Virus record (IMG/VR): IMGVR_UViG_2541047854_000004
Strand: one strand, 5' to 3'
DNA length: 35,094 nucleotides
Source: a virus
Taxonomy: Duplodnaviria > Heunggongvirae > Uroviricota > Caudoviricetes
Of the stretch, positions 32,904-35,094 are shown piece by piece. Numbering within the stretch: the stretch's first letter is position 1; each line of letters starts with the position of its first letter. The translations under genes were made by a program, and so were the position numbers. The notes beneath the pieces were generated by a model that was not told where the DNA came from, searched no databases, and was given only the letters and a program-made list of their open reading frames with translations.

Positions 32904-34754
32904 ATGGGTAAAGGCAGCAGTAAGGGGCATACCCCGCGCGAAGCGAAGGACAACCTGAAATCTACGCAGTTGCTGAGTGTGATTGATGCCATCAGTGAAG
33001 GGCCGATTGAAGGTCCGGTGGATGGATTAAAAAGCGTGCTGCTGAACAGTACGCCGGTGCTGGACACTGAGGGGAATACCAACATCTCCGGTGTCACGGT
33101 GGTGTTCCGGGCAGGTGAGCAGGAGCAGACTCCGCCGGAGGGATTTGAATCCTCCGGCTCCGAGACGGTGCTGGGTACGGAAGTGAAATATGACACGCCG
33201 ATCACCCGGGCCATCACGTCGGCAAACATTGACCGACTGCGTTTTACCTTCGGCGTGCAGGCACTGGTGGAAACCACCTCAAAGGGGGACAGGAATCCGT
33301 CGGAAGTCCGCCTGCTGGTTCAGATACAACGTAACGGTGGCTGGGTGACGGAAAAAGACATCACCATTAAAGGCAAAACCACCTCACAGTATCTGGCCTC
33401 GGTGGTGGTGGGTAACCTGCCGCCGCGCCCGTTTAATATCCGGATGCGCAGGATGACGCCGGACAGCACCACAGACCAGCTGCAGAACAAAACGCTCTGG
33501 TCGTCATACACCGAAATCATCGATGTGAAACAGTGCTACCCGAACACGGCACTGGTCGGCGTGCAGGTGGACTCGGAGCAGTTCGGCAGCCAGCAGGTGA
33601 GCCGTAATTATCATCTTCGCGGGCGCATTCTGCAGGTGCCGTCGAACTATAACCCGCAGACGCGGCAATACAGCGGTATCTGGGACGGAACGTTTAAGCC
33701 AGCATACAGCAACAACATGGCATGGTGTCTGTGGGATATGCTGACCCACCCGCGCTACGGCATGGGGAAACGTCTTGGTGCGGCGGATGTGGATAAATGG
33801 GCGCTGTATGTCATCGGCCAGTATTGCGACCAGTCGGTGCCGGACGGTTTTGGCGGTACGGAGCCGCGCATCACCTGTAATGCGTACCTGACCACACAGC
33901 GTAAGGCGTGGGATGTGCTCAGTGATTTCTGCTCGGCGATGCGCTGTATGCCGGTATGGAACGGGCAGACGCTGACGTTCGTGCAGGACCGACCATCAGA
34001 TAAGGTGTGGACCTATAACCGCAGTAATGTGGTGATGCCGGATGATGGCGCGCCGTTCCGCTACAGCTTCAGCGCCCTGAAGGACCGTCATAATGCCGTT
34101 GAGGTGAACTGGATTGATCCGGATAACGGCTGGGAGACGGCGACAGAGCTTGTGGAGGACACGCGGGCCATTGCCCGTTACGGTCGTAACGTCACGAAGA
34201 TGGATGCTTTTGGCTGTACCAGCCGGGGGCAGGCACACCGCGCCGGGCTGTGGCTGATTAAAACAGAACTGCTGGAAACGCAGACCGTGGACTTCAGCGT
34301 GGGCGCAGAAGGGCTTCGCCATGTACCGGGGGATGTCATTGAAATCTGCGATGATGACTATGCGGGTATCAGCATCGGCGGGCGCGTGCTGGCGGTGAAC
34401 AGCCAGACCCGGACGCTGACGCTCGACCGTGAAATCACGCTGCCATCCTCCGGTACCACGCTGATAAGCCTGGTTGACGGAAGTGGTAATCCGGTCAGGG
34501 TTTATGACGATCAGCCGTTTAACCGGCAGATTGTTATTCCGGCGGTGGCTTTCAGCGGTGCCAGACATGAGCGGGAGAACAGCGATACTTATTCGTCATG
34601 CCGCCTGATAGTGAAGAAAAACGGTGCTGAAATTTATAACCGTACCGCGATGGATAATACGCTGGTTTACAGTGGTGTTATTGATATGCCTGCTGGCGTG
34701 TCTGCTGATCTGGATGTTGATCCGTTAAATATAAAAAGTAAAAAGCCGCAGTAA
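32904..34754 (+). CDS. J: Central tail fibre / host-specificity protein J homologue, shortened (616 aa)
   Basis: N-terminal ~535 aa closely match lambda J as recalled (MGKGSSKGHTPREAKDNLKSTQLLSVIDAISEGPIEGPVDGLK...); short divergent C-terminus; GGAG RBS. Confidence 0.8.
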   Translation: MGKGSSKGHTPREAKDNLKSTQLLSVIDAISEGPIEGPVDGLKSVLLNSTPVLDTEGNTNISGVTVVFRAGEQEQTPPEGFESSGSETVLGTEVKYDTPITRAITSANIDRLRFTFGVQALVETTSKGDRNPSEVRLLVQIQRNGGWVTEKDITIKGKTTSQYLASVVVGNLPPRPFNIRMRRMTPDSTTDQLQNKTLWSSYTEIIDVKQCYPNTALVGVQVDSEQFGSQQVSRNYHLRGRILQVPSNYNPQTRQYSGIWDGTFKPAYSNNMAWCLWDMLTHPRYGMGKRLGAADVDKWALYVIGQYCDQSVPDGFGGTEPRITCNAYLTTQRKAWDVLSDFCSAMRCMPVWNGQTLTFVQDRPSDKVWTYNRSNVVMPDDGAPFRYSFSALKDRHNAVEVNWIDPDNGWETATELVEDTRAIARYGRNVTKMDAFGCTSRGQAHRAGLWLIKTELLETQTVDFSVGAEGLRHVPGDVIEICDDDYAGISIGGRVLAVNSQTRTLTLDREITLPSSGTTLISLVDGSGNPVRVYDDQPFNRQIVIPAVAFSGARHERENSDTYSSCRLIVKKNGAEIYNRTAMDNTLVYSGVIDMPAGVSADLDVDPLNIKSKKPQ

Positions 34755-34845
34755 CTTGTCATGACAGGATACTGCGGTTGGCTGGTTAACTTTCGATAGT
34801 GCGAGTATTGAATGATTTCCAGCCGTTACCGATTTTACGTGTTTA

Positions 34846-35094
34846 TTAGTGAACAAACCACTCGTCAGCAGACTCCCAAGTATCTTTCAGAGTCTCCTGA
34901 ACAAATGTTTTTGCAGAATCCTTATCTGCTGTGCGTGTAACAGAAAGCCCATCATTGCTGGTGGCTTTTACGATCACTTCTACATCGTCATAACGCTTAC
35001 TGATGCGCCGAGTTAATTCTTCCTTTAACGCATCCACAGCACCGGTTGGCATTTTAGTCATTTTTTCTTTGGCTATGCAGATCTCAATACGCAT
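34846..35094 (-). CDS. dinI: DinI-like protein
   Basis: [31 protein letters not shown]...[16 protein letters not shown] matches DinI (MRIEVTIAK...WESADDWFV) from memory; convergent with J. Confidence 0.8.
   Translation of the reverse strand: MRIEICIAKEKMTKMPTGAVDALKEELTRRISKRYDDVEVIVKATSNDGLSVTRTADKDSAKTFVQETLKDTWESADEWFVH

Larger units (their letters stand above)
1..35094. mobile_element. Lambdoid prophage, integrase-to-tail arm; likely continues beyond both window edges
   Basis: Canonical order int-xis-early left operon-cI/cro-replication-Q-lysis-terminase-head-tail read from the ORFs; no obvious host housekeeping genes in the window. Confidence 0.9.

Noticed and set aside
33996-34568. 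190-aa minus-strand ORF
   Set aside because: Antisense within the J-like gene; Arg/Pro-rich composition from the GC-rich complement.
1-35094. Insertion sequences or transposases
   Set aside because: No transposase-like ORF or terminal inverted repeats flanking an ORF seen; the only recombinase is the prophage integrase.

Overview
This window is one arm of a lambdoid prophage in an enterobacterial genome, probably E. coli-like because the tail proteins closely match phage lambda as I recall it. All calls come from reading the translations, motifs and DNA directly; no database search was run. Left to right: tyrosine integrase and excisionase on the minus strand (1-1606); a tightly packed leftward early operon of small accessory genes including Ea22-like, HD-domain phosphohydrolase and RdgC-like proteins (1615-5805); an AT-rich plus-strand island (6263-7044) with a two-TM membrane protein flanked by three Pro/Lys-rich micro-ORFs, sitting where lambdoid phages keep immunity-region exclusion genes; the CI-like repressor / Cro / CII-like switch (7211-8757); a replication initiator with internal iterons (9956-10897); PerC-like regulator, Dam-like methyltransferase, RusA, KilA-N, DUF968-like protein and antiterminator Q (10894-14651); a moron with an AraC-family regulator and three tRNA genes (14869-16192); a phage-21-type lysis cassette (16634-18262); HNH endonuclease, terminase and HK97-type portal/protease/capsid (18305-24240); lambda-like tail genes V, G/GT with a -1 frameshift site, H, M, L, K, I and a shortened J (25828-34754); and a convergent DinI-like gene at the right edge. 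The strongest candidate for an undescribed system is the 6263-7044 island; I do not recognise it as a named system.
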